From an uncultured archaeon (GTDB lineage: Archaea; Iainarchaeota; Iainarchaeia; Iainarchaeales; CSSED10-239), in NCBI GenBank assembly GCA_964586355.1, contig CAZPGO010000030.1:20421-84420 (forward strand): 64,000 bases of DNA, read 5' to 3'. The position numbers were made by a program, and so were the translations under genes. Positions 37,198-47,695 of this stretch are shown in pieces. Positions within the stretch are counted from its first letter, which is position 1. Every line of letters begins with the position of its first letter. Under the pieces are notes generated by a model, which had not been told where the DNA came from, did not search any database, and worked only from the letters and a program-made list of their open reading frames with translations.

Positions 37198-39021
37198 ATG
37201 ACAAAAGTAATTGGAATAGATTTAGGTACAACAAATTCAGCAGTTGCTGTAATAGAAGGTGCAGCACCAAAGATTGTTATTAATTCAGAAGGTGCAAGAA
37301 CAACTCCCTCAGTAATTGCATATTCAAATGATCAGGTTATTGTTGGTACTCTTGCAAAAAGACAATCAGTAGTTAATCCAGAGAATACTATTTATTCAGT
37401 AAAAAGAAAAATGGGTACAAACGAAACAATTAAATTTCATGGAAAAGATAAAACCCCTGAGCAGATCTCTGCAATGATATTACAAAAGCTAAAAAAAGAT
37501 GCTGAAGAACAATTAGGTGAAAAAATAACAAAAGCTGTTATTACTGTTCCTGCATATTTTTCAGACTCTCAAAGAAAAGCAACAAAGGCTGCTGGAGAGA
37601 TTGCGGGTTTAGATGTTTTAAGAATAATTAATGAACCAACTGCAGCAGCACTAGCATATGGTTTAGATAAGAAACACACACATAATGTTCTAATCTTTGA
37701 TTTTGGTGGTGGAACTTTTGATGTTTCTATCTTAGAGTTAGATGATGGTGTGTTTGAAGTAAAGTCAACTGCTGGAGATAATCAGTTGGGTGGAGATGAT
37801 ATTGATCAAAAGATTATTGATTATTTAGTAAAAGAGTTTAAACAAAAGGAAGGCATAGATCTAACAAAAGATAAAATGGCTATGCAAAGATTAAAAGATG
37901 AAGCCGAAAAAACAAAAATAGAGTTATCATCAACAGTAAAAGCAACAATCAATGTTCCATATATAACTGCAACTCCAGAAGGTCCAAAGCACTTAAACAT
38001 AGAACTAACTAGAGCGAAATTTGAGGAAATTTGTGCTGATGTTTTTAAAAAGTTAGAAGCTCCACTAAATCAAGCAATTAAGGATTCAAAACTAAGTTTA
38101 TCTGAAATAAGTGAAGTTATCTTAGTTGGAGGGTCTACAAGGATTCCTAAAGTAGTTGAGCTTGTGGAAAAAATCACAGGTAAGAAAGCAAACAAAAGTA
38201 TTAATCCTGATGAAGTTGTGGCTTTGGGTGCTGCTGTTCAAGGAGCTGTATTAATAGGGGATGTTAAAGATGTTTTATTATTAGATGTTACTCCTTTGTC
38301 CTTAGGTATTGAAACCTTAGGAGGTGTTTTTACAAAACTGATTGAAAGAAACACAACAATCCCTACAAAAAGATCTCAAGTATTTTCAACAGCATCAGAT
38401 AATCAACCCTCAGTAGATATTCATGTGTTGCAAGGGGAAAGACCAATGGCCAGAGACAATCTGACACTTGGTAATTTTCAATTAGCAGGTATTCCTCCAG
38501 CACCAAGGGGTGTTCCACAAATAGAGGTTACTTTTGATATTGATTCTAATGGAATAATAAATGTTTCTGCAAAAGATCTTGCAACAAATAAATCCCAAGC
38601 AATAAAAATAACTTCTGCCTCTTTATCTAAAGATGATATTGAAAAAATGAAAAAAGAAGCTCAAGAGCATGAAGAAGAAGATAAAAAAATCAGGGAAAAA
38701 ATAGAGGTTAAAAACAAAGCAGAGACTTTAGTTTATTCTGTTGATTCTTTATTATCTGAAAATAAAGATAAGTTAGAGTCAAGTGATGTTGATGAAATAA
38801 CAAAGCTAAAAGACGAGCTTAAAGAATCTTTAGAAAAAGAAAAAGATGATATAAGTCAAAAAACAGAGGCTTTACAGAAAAAAGTTTATGAGGTTTCTCA
38901 AAAACTATATCAAACAGCAAATAAAGCTTCTCAAGAAAACAATTCTAAGGAATCTACAGAAGACCCAAAATCTTCTGACGATTCTAAAACAGTTGATGCT
39001 GATTACACAGTAGACAAATAA
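37198..39021 (+). CDS. dnaK: Hsp70 chaperone DnaK.
   Basis: The start is [26 protein letters not shown] is present, and [11 protein letters not shown] becomes [13 protein letters not shown]. It is 607 aa. Confidence 0.95.
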   Translation: MTKVIGIDLGTTNSAVAVIEGAAPKIVINSEGARTTPSVIAYSNDQVIVGTLAKRQSVVNPENTIYSVKRKMGTNETIKFHGKDKTPEQISAMILQKLKKDAEEQLGEKITKAVITVPAYFSDSQRKATKAAGEIAGLDVLRIINEPTAAALAYGLDKKHTHNVLIFDFGGGTFDVSILELDDGVFEVKSTAGDNQLGGDDIDQKIIDYLVKEFKQKEGIDLTKDKMAMQRLKDEAEKTKIELSSTVKATINVPYITATPEGPKHLNIELTRAKFEEICADVFKKLEAPLNQAIKDSKLSLSEISEVILVGGSTRIPKVVELVEKITGKKANKSINPDEVVALGAAVQGAVLIGDVKDVLLLDVTPLSLGIETLGGVFTKLIERNTTIPTKRSQVFSTASDNQPSVDIHVLQGERPMARDNLTLGNFQLAGIPPAPRGVPQIEVTFDIDSNGIINVSAKDLATNKSQAIKITSASLSKDDIEKMKKEAQEHEEEDKKIREKIEVKNKAETLVYSVDSLLSENKDKLESSDVDEITKLKDELKESLEKEKDDISQKTEALQKKVYEVSQKLYQTANKASQENNSKESTEDPKSSDDSKTVDADYTVDK

Positions 39022-39034
39022 AAGGTAAAAGATC

Positions 39035-40147
39035 ATGGCTAAAGATTATTATGATATTTTAGGTGTTAGTAAAGGTTCTTCAAAAGAAGAAATAAAATCA
39101 GCATATAAAAAACTAGCAAAAAAATATCATCCTGATGTTAATAAAGAAGAGGATTCTGAAGAGAAACTTAAAGAAATTACTCAAGCCTATTCAATTTTAA
39201 GTGATGATCAAAAAAGAGCACAGTATGATAGGTTTGGTGCAGATGCTTCTAATTATGGTTCCTCAGGATTTTCTAGCCGTGGATTTTCTTTTGATTTTTC
39301 TGATCTCTTTTCTGATTTTGACACAGATTTTTTTTCAAATTTTGGTGGGTTTAGAAGTTCCAAACGAGATGAGTGGCAAAACCTAGATATAAAGACCAGA
39401 ATAGATCTTGATTTTATTAGTGCTGCAAAAGGAACAAAGAAAACAATTAATTTAACCAAAGAAGTTATTTGTGATTTTTGTAATGGTACTGGTTCAAAAA
39501 GTGGAAAAAAAACAACCTGCCCAGAATGTGGGGGTAGAGGCAGCACAGTAACTAGAAAGCAAACCCCCTTTGGATTATTTGCTGTTCAACAAACCTGTCA
39601 GAGATGTCATGGAACAGGAAAAATTATTACTGATGAGTGTAAGAAGTGTTCTGGAAAAGGTTATGTAAAGCAAACCTCAACAATTAGTGTGGATATTCCT
39701 TCAGGTATTAATAATGGTGATTATCTAAGATTAAGGAATCAAGGAAATGAGAGAGTAGATAAGAAGGGCGATTTGTTTATATTAATTAGTGTAGCAAATC
39801 ACGAGTTTTTTAAAAGAAGTGGAGCAGATCTATATTGTGAAGTTCCTTTAACATATTCTGATTTGGTTTTAGGTACAAAAATAACCATTAAAGGAATACA
39901 AGACACTATTAACTTAAAAGTACCTTCTGAGACAACCCCAGGAACCCTTTTTAATGTAAGAGGTAAGGGTTTATCAGATCCAAATAAAAGAGGAGTTCAT
40001 GGATCTTTGTTTGTTAAGGTTACTTTGGCTATGCCTACTAATGTTAATAAGGATTATAAAGAGTTTTTATCTAAAATAAATTCTATTGATGATAAATATA
40101 CTAAGAAAAAAATACAACAAAAATTAAAAGAATATGTTTCTGTTTAA
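39035..40147 (+). CDS. dnaJ: Hsp40 co-chaperone DnaJ (type I, with a zinc-finger domain).
   Basis: The J-domain HPD is present (KYHPDVN). The G/F region is present. Four CxxCxGxG repeats are present (CDFCNGTG, CPECGGRG, CQRCHGTG, CKKCSGKG). Confidence 0.9.
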   Translation: MAKDYYDILGVSKGSSKEEIKSAYKKLAKKYHPDVNKEEDSEEKLKEITQAYSILSDDQKRAQYDRFGADASNYGSSGFSSRGFSFDFSDLFSDFDTDFFSNFGGFRSSKRDEWQNLDIKTRIDLDFISAAKGTKKTINLTKEVICDFCNGTGSKSGKKTTCPECGGRGSTVTRKQTPFGLFAVQQTCQRCHGTGKIITDECKKCSGKGYVKQTSTISVDIPSGINNGDYLRLRNQGNERVDKKGDLFILISVANHEFFKRSGADLYCEVPLTYSDLVLGTKITIKGIQDTINLKVPSETTPGTLFNVRGKGLSDPNKRGVHGSLFVKVTLAMPTNVNKDYKEFLSKINSIDDKYTKKKIQQKLKEYVSV

Positions 40148-43100
40148 AAAAAGTCTGATAAAGATCTTTGTTTTTTTTCTTCTTTATCTAAAAATAGACT
40201 GTCAATTTCTTCTTCACAAAGATTTATTCTTTGTAGTAGGTATGGTTTTAGATCGTACTCAATAATTATTTTTTTAGCTATTTCTAGATATTTTTTAATA
40301 GATCCTTTTGCAATTGTTAGTATAATGTTTCCTCCACAAGAGCAGGTTCCTGATAGAGGTATTCTTCTAAATTTTGCATTACATTTTACGCATCTTAATT
40401 TTTGTCTGGAAAAAGCTCTAGTGTTTCCAATAATATCTGGAAATAAATGATAATGTAGTAATCTTTCTAGGGCGTCTTTTTGATCAACAGCAATAAGTCT
40501 TTCTTGAAGTTTTGCTTGTTTTAGAACTTTATCGCTCATTGCTTTTATGGTAATATATGCACTTTGCTTTGGTCCTTCATCAAAGGAATTGGTATCATGT
40601 GTGAATTTTATGGAGTTGTATTGGTCTTTTGTTCCAAGTAATTTTCTAGCACTAATAATCCCTGGTATTTTGTCCGGATCTCCAAAGTTTTTGGCCATCT
40701 CGTAAAACTCGTAAGGATAACTGGTATTTGTTTCTATCTCGTGAGACTCATCATCAATCTCATAAGGGCTTAGGGTTGTTGTAAAAGCTATTGGTGCATC
40801 CATTCTACCGCCCCTACCAACACTTAGATAACTTTGAGAAAAGTTAAGTAGCCCATCTAATAGTAAAAGCATAGAATCCTGATCCCCATCAACATTTCTT
40901 CTTTTTGCAGTAATATAATAAGGATGTCCCCAACAAAGTTTTGCTTTAGAAAAACCAATGATTCTTCCAACAATTCCTGCTGATGTGTGTGGTGCAAGTC
41001 CAATTACATATTGTCCAATCAGGTCTTCTCTTGTTTTTGCATTATAATATTTATTTAACCCATAGAATTTTTCTAAAAGATCATCAATAAACCAACTAAC
41101 TCTTAAAAAATATTCTCCACAGTTTTCATCAACAATAATATCTTGTGGAAATATAGATGCTCTTTGGTTTTCGTCTTTTAGTTCTTTATCAAGATAATCT
41201 TTTTTATAACCTAATTCTTTAAATTTATCTAAAGACAAGTTAAGTTCTTTTGCTGACACTTGAGAGATGGTTGCATTTAGTGCTTCATATCTACAGGTGC
41301 CATCTCTAAAAACATATACTTCATGTTTTGCTCTAAGAATTCCTTTTTCTAATGGTTCTGCTATTCTTTTTGAGCTTACAAGTCCTTTTACTCCTTTTAG
41401 TGTTTGAGGTATTCCTACTTTTAGGTTTTTACTTGCTCTTTCTATTAATGAATCTAAATTTATTTTGTGATTAGTTTCAGGAATAGTTTCCTCTTTACAA
41501 ACCGGACAGACTTTTTCAAAAGTTTTTTTGCCGCATTTTGCGCAGCTTCTCATCTCATTTGCTTCTAACTGACATTCAAAGCAATAGTTATGATAAAGTA
41601 TTTTTTTACAGTTAGGGCAATAATAAGATCTAACTTCCACAGAATTGATTCCATATTCTCCAGCAGCAGCACGATCTGATTTTTTTGTGCTTGCTTTTAT
41701 TAGATCTCTATTGTTTCCAAAGCCTCTACCAATAGGGAAAAGAACATTTGGTTTTCCTGCCATTATTCTTTCGTGTGCTGCTTCTGGTCTGCCCATTCTT
41801 GTTCCTATATAGGTTCCTGATTTTTCTTTAATCTCTATTCCTGAAATTTGACTTAATATTTCTACTATTGGTTTCTCTTTTAATTCTTCAAAATTGAATT
41901 TTGTTAATGGATCTAAAGCATTTAGTGCTCCAACAGTTTTTAGAAAAGGATATGCTTGATCTTTATCTATAAAAATCTTATTCTCTTCTTCTAGGTATTT
42001 ATGCACTAAACCTATTTTTTCTAGTATTTTTTTTATTTCTTTATTATAATTTATTTTTATTCCTATTATGTTTTCAGTAGGTTTTGTAAGTTTAAAAAAA
42101 TCAATTTTTTCTAAAATTTCTTTTAGATCTGCCAAATGTTTGTTTTTTGTGCTTTCTACATCTCCAAAAAGTTTTTCTGAGGTTCTTATTTCTTTTATTA
42201 GGGTTTGTAGTTCTTCTATTGTTAGCAGATCATAATAAAATAAATATTTTGGAAATAATGGTAAGTTATATTTTAAGCTAATAGCAACAGCTGTATACGG
42301 ATCAGGATTTTTATAAAAATCATTACAGAACTCAAATGTTTTTTTATCTATTTTTTCTTTAATTAATAAATATTCTATTAATGACAACCACTCTTCTTCA
42401 ACAAAACCATTTTTCAACAAAGGGTGTCCACTTTTTCTAAAGTCTCCTATGTTTATTAAAAGATCTCCTAAAAACAAAACTTTTTCTATTTCTTCTCTAT
42501 ATTCTAAAGCTGTTTTTACATCTTTTATATAAATAACATCTTTATTTTTAAGTCTTACAATTGGGCCATCAATTGTAGAACAAGGGAAAAACTGTAAAGA
42601 TTTTCCTGGTCTTTCTATTCTTCCATGTGTGCCAACAGCAATAAATTCATCTAGAACATACATGGTTGAGGGATTGATCGCTTTTGCCATTAATCCAGTG
42701 TTTCTACCTTTTCCATATCTAAGCCTAAAACCACCAGGCACAAAAGGGTATCCAAAAACCGGTCTGCCAGCTGCTAGTCCTTCTAAATATTTTGTAGATG
42801 GTTTTAATTCAAAAGAACCTTCTGAAGTTTTTTCCACTTTTATTAATTTTTCTAACCAACTCCAATTAAGTCCCATCTTTTTACTGGTCTTAAGTATTTT
42901 CATCGCTCTTACATAAAGCCCATCAATTAAAACCAAACACATTGCTCCACGAATTCTGTTTGTTGGTATTGATTTTATATCTCTATTTACTATTATTTCT
43001 ACATTGCTATCTGGAAAACTATTTACACAGATAGCACAGTTTTCAATAATTATTTTCATTTCTTGTTCTGTTACTCTTTGTTGTCTTGCAACAATCTCGT

Positions 43101-43692
43101 CTTGATAGATTGATACTTCTTCAATTACTCTATCAACTATTTCTTTTGAAGGTTTAAATCTATCCAAATGTAATTTTTCTCTAGCAAGATCTGCAAGTAA
43201 CAAAGGAAGTGTTTGTGCATTACCTCCAGCTGCTCTGATAGGTCCTGCATAGTAAATATCAGCATATTTAGTTCCATCTTGGTTTTCTGAAATCTTAATC
43301 TCAGGAAGTCCATCTAAGGGGGATACTACAACACCTTCTGTTTCAATAATCAGTGCTGTTCTTATTGCTTGATCTAATCTTTTTTCAGGGTCTTCTATAT
43401 TTCCTAGTTTTTTATCAAGAATCAGGTGAAAAATATCAAGCATTACTTTGAATCTATCGTGAGAATGTTTTTCCCAAAGTTCATCATATACCTCTGCAAC
43501 ACCCTTAGGTCCAACCAACAGTTCTGTTTTTTCTGCAATTCCTGTTGCTGGTATAGATTCTATATCTTCACAAACATCTCTTTTTGTGGCTCTGGCTTTT
43601 TTTGCTAGATCTACAGTTAGAGTTACATCTTCATTTAGTTTTTTATAATATTCTTTAACTTCTTTGGTTGCAACTAATTTTTCTAAATTCAT
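40144..43692 (-). CDS. polC: DNA polymerase II (PolD) large subunit DP2. No intein.
   Basis: It is 1182 aa. The Cys clusters are CPNCKK...CFEC...CAKCGKK...CPVCK and CVKCNAKF...CSCGG. It is conserved throughout and overlaps the DP1 gene by 4 nt. Confidence 0.9.
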   Translation of the reverse strand: MNLEKLVATKEVKEYYKKLNEDVTLTVDLAKKARATKRDVCEDIESIPATGIAEKTELLVGPKGVAEVYDELWEKHSHDRFKVMLDIFHLILDKKLGNIEDPEKRLDQAIRTALIIETEGVVVSPLDGLPEIKISENQDGTKYADIYYAGPIRAAGGNAQTLPLLLADLAREKLHLDRFKPSKEIVDRVIEEVSIYQDEIVARQQRVTEQEMKIIIENCAICVNSFPDSNVEIIVNRDIKSIPTNRIRGAMCLVLIDGLYVRAMKILKTSKKMGLNWSWLEKLIKVEKTSEGSFELKPSTKYLEGLAAGRPVFGYPFVPGGFRLRYGKGRNTGLMAKAINPSTMYVLDEFIAVGTHGRIERPGKSLQFFPCSTIDGPIVRLKNKDVIYIKDVKTALEYREEIEKVLFLGDLLINIGDFRKSGHPLLKNGFVEEEWLSLIEYLLIKEKIDKKTFEFCNDFYKNPDPYTAVAISLKYNLPLFPKYLFYYDLLTIEELQTLIKEIRTSEKLFGDVESTKNKHLADLKEILEKIDFFKLTKPTENIIGIKINYNKEIKKILEKIGLVHKYLEEENKIFIDKDQAYPFLKTVGALNALDPLTKFNFEELKEKPIVEILSQISGIEIKEKSGTYIGTRMGRPEAAHERIMAGKPNVLFPIGRGFGNNRDLIKASTKKSDRAAAGEYGINSVEVRSYYCPNCKKILYHNYCFECQLEANEMRSCAKCGKKTFEKVCPVCKEETIPETNHKINLDSLIERASKNLKVGIPQTLKGVKGLVSSKRIAEPLEKGILRAKHEVYVFRDGTCRYEALNATISQVSAKELNLSLDKFKELGYKKDYLDKELKDENQRASIFPQDIIVDENCGEYFLRVSWFIDDLLEKFYGLNKYYNAKTREDLIGQYVIGLAPHTSAGIVGRIIGFSKAKLCWGHPYYITAKRRNVDGDQDSMLLLLDGLLNFSQSYLSVGRGGRMDAPIAFTTTLSPYEIDDESHEIETNTSYPYEFYEMAKNFGDPDKIPGIISARKLLGTKDQYNSIKFTHDTNSFDEGPKQSAYITIKAMSDKVLKQAKLQERLIAVDQKDALERLLHYHLFPDIIGNTRAFSRQKLRCVKCNAKFRRIPLSGTCSCGGNIILTIAKGSIKKYLEIAKKIIIEYDLKPYLLQRINLCEEEIDSLFLDKEEKKQRSLSDFF

Positions 43693-45122
43693 TTTCTATC
43701 CTTATAAAAATCTTTAACAATAATTTCTTGTGTTTTTAAATTAAATAAAATTACTTTTGATAACGTTGGTATATGCCCATTTTCTATTTGATAGCTAGTT
43801 ATTGATTGCCAACATGATGCAGCAATAAGATGTGTATGTTTGTATTTAGAAAAGGAGTGGTGGTGTATATGTCCACAAATAAAAACATCTGGAACCTCAG
43901 TAATTGTTAAAAAGTTTTTTTCAATAGGCATAAACATTTGTCTTTCCCCATATTGTGGCATAAGATCTCTTCTTTTTAGTAATTCTCTTAATGCATGATC
44001 AGGCCGGTCTGTTTTAACACCTTGTATTTCTCCAAAAATCCCATGTAAGGAATTCCCATGATACACTAAAAATAAAAGTCCTTCTAAATCTATCCAAGTA
44101 GGAGATCCTAACATATGTATGTTTTCTTTAGTGTATAACCTTGGCAAAAATTTATCACTAACCGCAGGTTGTGGATCTGAAAGTCTAACAGCATCATGAT
44201 TTCCTGGGCTTATAAATATTTCAATATCTTGTGGAATTTTTAGTATGTGTTCTTCAAATAGGCGATATTGTTCAAAGATGTCTGTTATTGCAAGTTCACT
44301 AAACTGTTTAGGATATATGCCAATACCATCTACAAGATCTCCAGCAACTATTAAATATTTTATTTTTGAAACTAGTTCTGTATCTTCACAGTTTTTATTA
44401 TTTAACCAATCTATAAAATCAATAAAATCATCTTCTAAAAAAAGATTACTGCCTACATGTGTATCTGCAATTATTGCAACATAACAATCATCATCAAGAT
44501 TTGTGTTTTTTTGTTCATATGGTATGTCTGGGAAATAATATTCTTTTACAATTAGCATATCTTTAGATAAAACACCACATCTAAACCCGATAACATTATC
44601 ATTTAACAACTGTTTTGCTTGAATAAGTTCTTCAGGAGTTTTACAAGTCATAATTAGATTTATTTTTCCTGTGGGATCATCAACTACTATAAGCATATTC
44701 CCGTTTTTGGTTATCCTTTTTTCATAAACCATTGCAATAATATCTACTTCTTTGTTTTTTATTTCTGTTTTTGCTTGTGCTATAGTAATTGGTTTAAAGT
44801 CTACTCTTTTTTTTATAATCCCAGAAAGTGTTTCATATTTATCTAAAAAAAGTTTTAAAAAATCTGGAACCGATCCTTGCGACAAATTTTTATTAGTAAC
44901 ATCATATTTTTCAAGAATATTAAAATTTTTATGATATTCTTTTTTATCTTCTATTTTACAGGTATTAAGAATTTTTTTAATATGTTCAGGAGTGATAAAC
45001 AGATCTTCTGTTGAAAGGCTATCTATTACTTTTTTATAATTATAAATATTTAGAAGTCTTAATGCTTCTTCAGTAATGATCAAATTTTTATTTTCTGCGT
45101 ATTTTAGTATTTTTTCATCCAT
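43689..45122 (-). CDS. polB: DNA polymerase II (PolD) small subunit DP1 (calcineurin-like phosphoesterase exonuclease).
   Basis: The metallophosphatase motifs are IIADTHVG, VAGDLVD, GNHD and GHIHH. It is 477 aa. Confidence 0.85.
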   Translation of the reverse strand: MDEKILKYAENKNLIITEEALRLLNIYNYKKVIDSLSTEDLFITPEHIKKILNTCKIEDKKEYHKNFNILEKYDVTNKNLSQGSVPDFLKLFLDKYETLSGIIKKRVDFKPITIAQAKTEIKNKEVDIIAMVYEKRITKNGNMLIVVDDPTGKINLIMTCKTPEELIQAKQLLNDNVIGFRCGVLSKDMLIVKEYYFPDIPYEQKNTNLDDDCYVAIIADTHVGSNLFLEDDFIDFIDWLNNKNCEDTELVSKIKYLIVAGDLVDGIGIYPKQFSELAITDIFEQYRLFEEHILKIPQDIEIFISPGNHDAVRLSDPQPAVSDKFLPRLYTKENIHMLGSPTWIDLEGLLFLVYHGNSLHGIFGEIQGVKTDRPDHALRELLKRRDLMPQYGERQMFMPIEKNFLTITEVPDVFICGHIHHHSFSKYKHTHLIAASCWQSITSYQIENGHIPTLSKVILFNLKTQEIIVKDFYKDRK

Positions 45123-45130
45123 TACTTTCT

Positions 45131-45403
45131 TTATTTTATAGTTTCTTTAAGTTTTTCTAGTTTGCTTATTAATGACCACACAGCACTTCTACAAAATTGT
45201 GGTACATTGTTGTTGTTTGTTATTTCTTCTAATTGATAAAGTATGCTAGAGATCTCTACTACATCTTCTTTTTTAGTTAATCTAGCTTCTATTCCATTTA
45301 ATAGTAATTTAAGATTTTTAGGTATTGAAGAATCTTCTATTAAAAATTCAATTTCTGCAATTATTTCTTCAAGAATTTCTGAAGTGTCTATCTTTTTTTT
45401 CAT
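45131..45403 (-). CDS. UPF0147-family small conserved archaeal protein (90 aa).
   Basis: The size and the pattern LEEI...IP-NLK...I...L......ISSIL-LEEI...NNVP...R..VW.LIS.L resemble UPF0147. Confidence 0.45.
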   Translation of the reverse strand: MKKKIDTSEILEEIIAEIEFLIEDSSIPKNLKLLLNGIEARLTKKEDVVEISSILYQLEEITNNNNVPQFCRSAVWSLISKLEKLKETIK

Positions 45404-45544
45404 ATTTATCGCCTTTTTGTTTTTTAGATTATTAAAATTAGTAAACCCTTTATTATATTTTTGTTTGAAACTATTTTTAATAGCTATGGTTAGGTGTTTT
45501 AAAATTAAGTTTTTTTTAAAAACTTTTTTTTTAAAAGTGAAATT

Positions 45545-46447
45545 TTAGTGTTTTTTAAAAGGATATTTTATAATATCTTTCATAAGCACATTTTCTTCGC
45601 CCTTAAGCTCAGAATCTTTTTCATAGGTGCTAGAAACTATTATTTTTTTATTTGGATTATTTTCTTTTATAGACTCCAAAACCTTTTTTTGTTCTTCTTT
45701 TGAGATTGTAGGATTATACACAAAAACAACAAGATCTGCAATAGTTTTTATTGCAACAATTGCTTGTTTTTCTATCTTGTTCATATCCTTAAAATCTAAA
45801 TGTATAATTCCTGGAGTGTCAACTACTTGAATCATTTCTTCTCTTCTACTAAAGTATCCAATATTAAGTGCTTTTGTGGTAAACGCATAACTATTGATCT
45901 CAGGATTTGCACTAGTTATATTAGTAAGAAAAGTAGTTTTTCCAGCATTTGGTGCGCCCACTAAACAAATAGTAAAAAGATTAAAGTCTGGTTTTGCTAT
46001 TCTTTTATACTCTTTTGCTAAATTTAGTAATTCTTCATTGGTTTTATCCAGTTTTTTAATAACTGAAGCTATTCTTCCAAAGAATTCTTTTCTTACTAGT
46101 ATTTGTCTACTCATTTTGCTTTTTCTATCAGTATATCTTACAAGCACTTTCTTATATTTTTCACAGAGCTTGTTGATAATATGTATGGTGCTTCTATAAT
46201 GATTTTTATATCTTTCAAGTGTGCTTTCTGCAACTATGTTTTTAGACATAAATCTATAATAATCATTCATTTTCTCATTATCTGGTAAGCCATTAAGTAT
46301 TTTTGTGTATTTTTCTGTAATTAATATTTGATAGGTTGAGATATATTTTACTGCATTTTCTTTTCTTTGTAACTCTCTATTTTTTTTAATACTATTTACA
46401 ATAATATCAAGCATCTCTTGAGATTTATATATTCTTGGAAATTGCAT
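45545..46447 (-). CDS. NOG1-family GTPase (archaeal Nog1-like).
   Basis: G1 is GAPNAGKTTFLTNIT. FTTK...G is present. G3 is DTPGI. KIEKQAIVAIKTIADLVVF follows the NOG1 pattern. An N-terminal NOG1-N helical domain is present. Confidence 0.7.
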   Translation of the reverse strand: MQFPRIYKSQEMLDIIVNSIKKNRELQRKENAVKYISTYQILITEKYTKILNGLPDNEKMNDYYRFMSKNIVAESTLERYKNHYRSTIHIINKLCEKYKKVLVRYTDRKSKMSRQILVRKEFFGRIASVIKKLDKTNEELLNLAKEYKRIAKPDFNLFTICLVGAPNAGKTTFLTNITSANPEINSYAFTTKALNIGYFSRREEMIQVVDTPGIIHLDFKDMNKIEKQAIVAIKTIADLVVFVYNPTISKEEQKKVLESIKENNPNKKIIVSSTYEKDSELKGEENVLMKDIIKYPFKKH

Positions 46448-46581
46448 ATTTGATTTCTCTTGAAAAAATTTATTTAAAAAGGGTTCTATTTATAATTATA
46501 ATATATATAAAATATAATATAAGTCTATGTTATTTTTAAAAATAGCAAATCTTTATTTTAATTTAATTTGAGGAATTATAT

Positions 46582-47658
46582 ATGAAATTTATTACAGAAA
46601 AGAATTATAAACGTCTTATGATTATTCCAATTATTATGTTGGTAATCTTTTTATTTTTAATTTTAGTTTATCCAGGAGTTCAAAAAGGAATTGATCTTAA
46701 AGGAGGAAATCAACTTATTTTAAGATATGATGAAAAAAAAGATTTTCAAGGTTTAGATCAAGAGCTATTAAATAATTTTAGAGTAATGGAGGCTAAAGTA
46801 AGTGAAACAGTTAGCCCAACAGAATATGGTTTGTTAATAGAATATTCTCATCAACCTGATATTGAGTCAGTAAGAGCTCAAAAAGATTCTTTAGATTATT
46901 TAAATAGTAATATAGAAGATCTAAAATCTCAAGCAAAATCTCTTTTAGATCCTTTGTTAGAAAAGGGTTTTTTAACGTCTGCAAATGTTAATGAAATTGA
47001 TATCATAAATAACAAAGATGATCTAAAAACATATGTAAACGAATCCATTGTTCTTGCAAATAATTCTTTTAATGAAAATGTAGTGAATTTTATAAAAGAA
47101 TATTTAGATCTAACAGATGATGAAAATGTAAGAATTCAAACAAGAGATGTTTCTGCAACTCTTGGAGATGACTTTGTAAAAAGTTCTGTTATTGTTGGTT
47201 TATTTGCTTTTATATTTTTAGTTTTAGTTATATTATTTTTCTTTAAAGAACTAATCCCATCAGGATTAATAATATTTTCCGCAATTTTTGATGTGCTGGC
47301 TGGTTTAGCTGGAATGGCTTTGTTGGGTTTACCATTAAGTTTAACAACTATTCCTGCGTTATTAATGCTTGTTGGTTACTCTGTTGATACAGATATATTA
47401 ATTGCTTCTAGGTTATTAAAACAAAGAAAAGGAGATTCCTTTTCTACTCTTAATAGATCTGCATCTACTGGTCTAACCATGACTTTTACAACATTAGCTA
47501 CTGTTATTGTTATGATGATTATTTCTTATTTTACACAAATGTATGTAATTTTAGAAATAGCAACAATATTATTTTTCGGTTTGATTGGAGATTTATTTAG
47601 TACTTGGTGCTTTAATGGTCCTGCATTAATCAGATATATTTTACATAAAAATAAATAA
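46582..47658 (+). CDS. secF: Protein-export membrane protein SecF (358 aa).
   Basis: It has an N-terminal TM, an extracytoplasmic domain and a 5-TM RND-like bundle. It is paired with the larger SecD downstream, in the archaeal secF-secD order. Confidence 0.65.
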   Translation: MKFITEKNYKRLMIIPIIMLVIFLFLILVYPGVQKGIDLKGGNQLILRYDEKKDFQGLDQELLNNFRVMEAKVSETVSPTEYGLLIEYSHQPDIESVRAQKDSLDYLNSNIEDLKSQAKSLLDPLLEKGFLTSANVNEIDIINNKDDLKTYVNESIVLANNSFNENVVNFIKEYLDLTDDENVRIQTRDVSATLGDDFVKSSVIVGLFAFIFLVLVILFFFKELIPSGLIIFSAIFDVLAGLAGMALLGLPLSLTTIPALLMLVGYSVDTDILIASRLLKQRKGDSFSTLNRSASTGLTMTFTTLATVIVMMIISYFTQMYVILEIATILFFGLIGDLFSTWCFNGPALIRYILHKNK

Positions 47659-47695
47659 AAACATTAAATGATATTTTTTAAAAAGGTGAATTTTC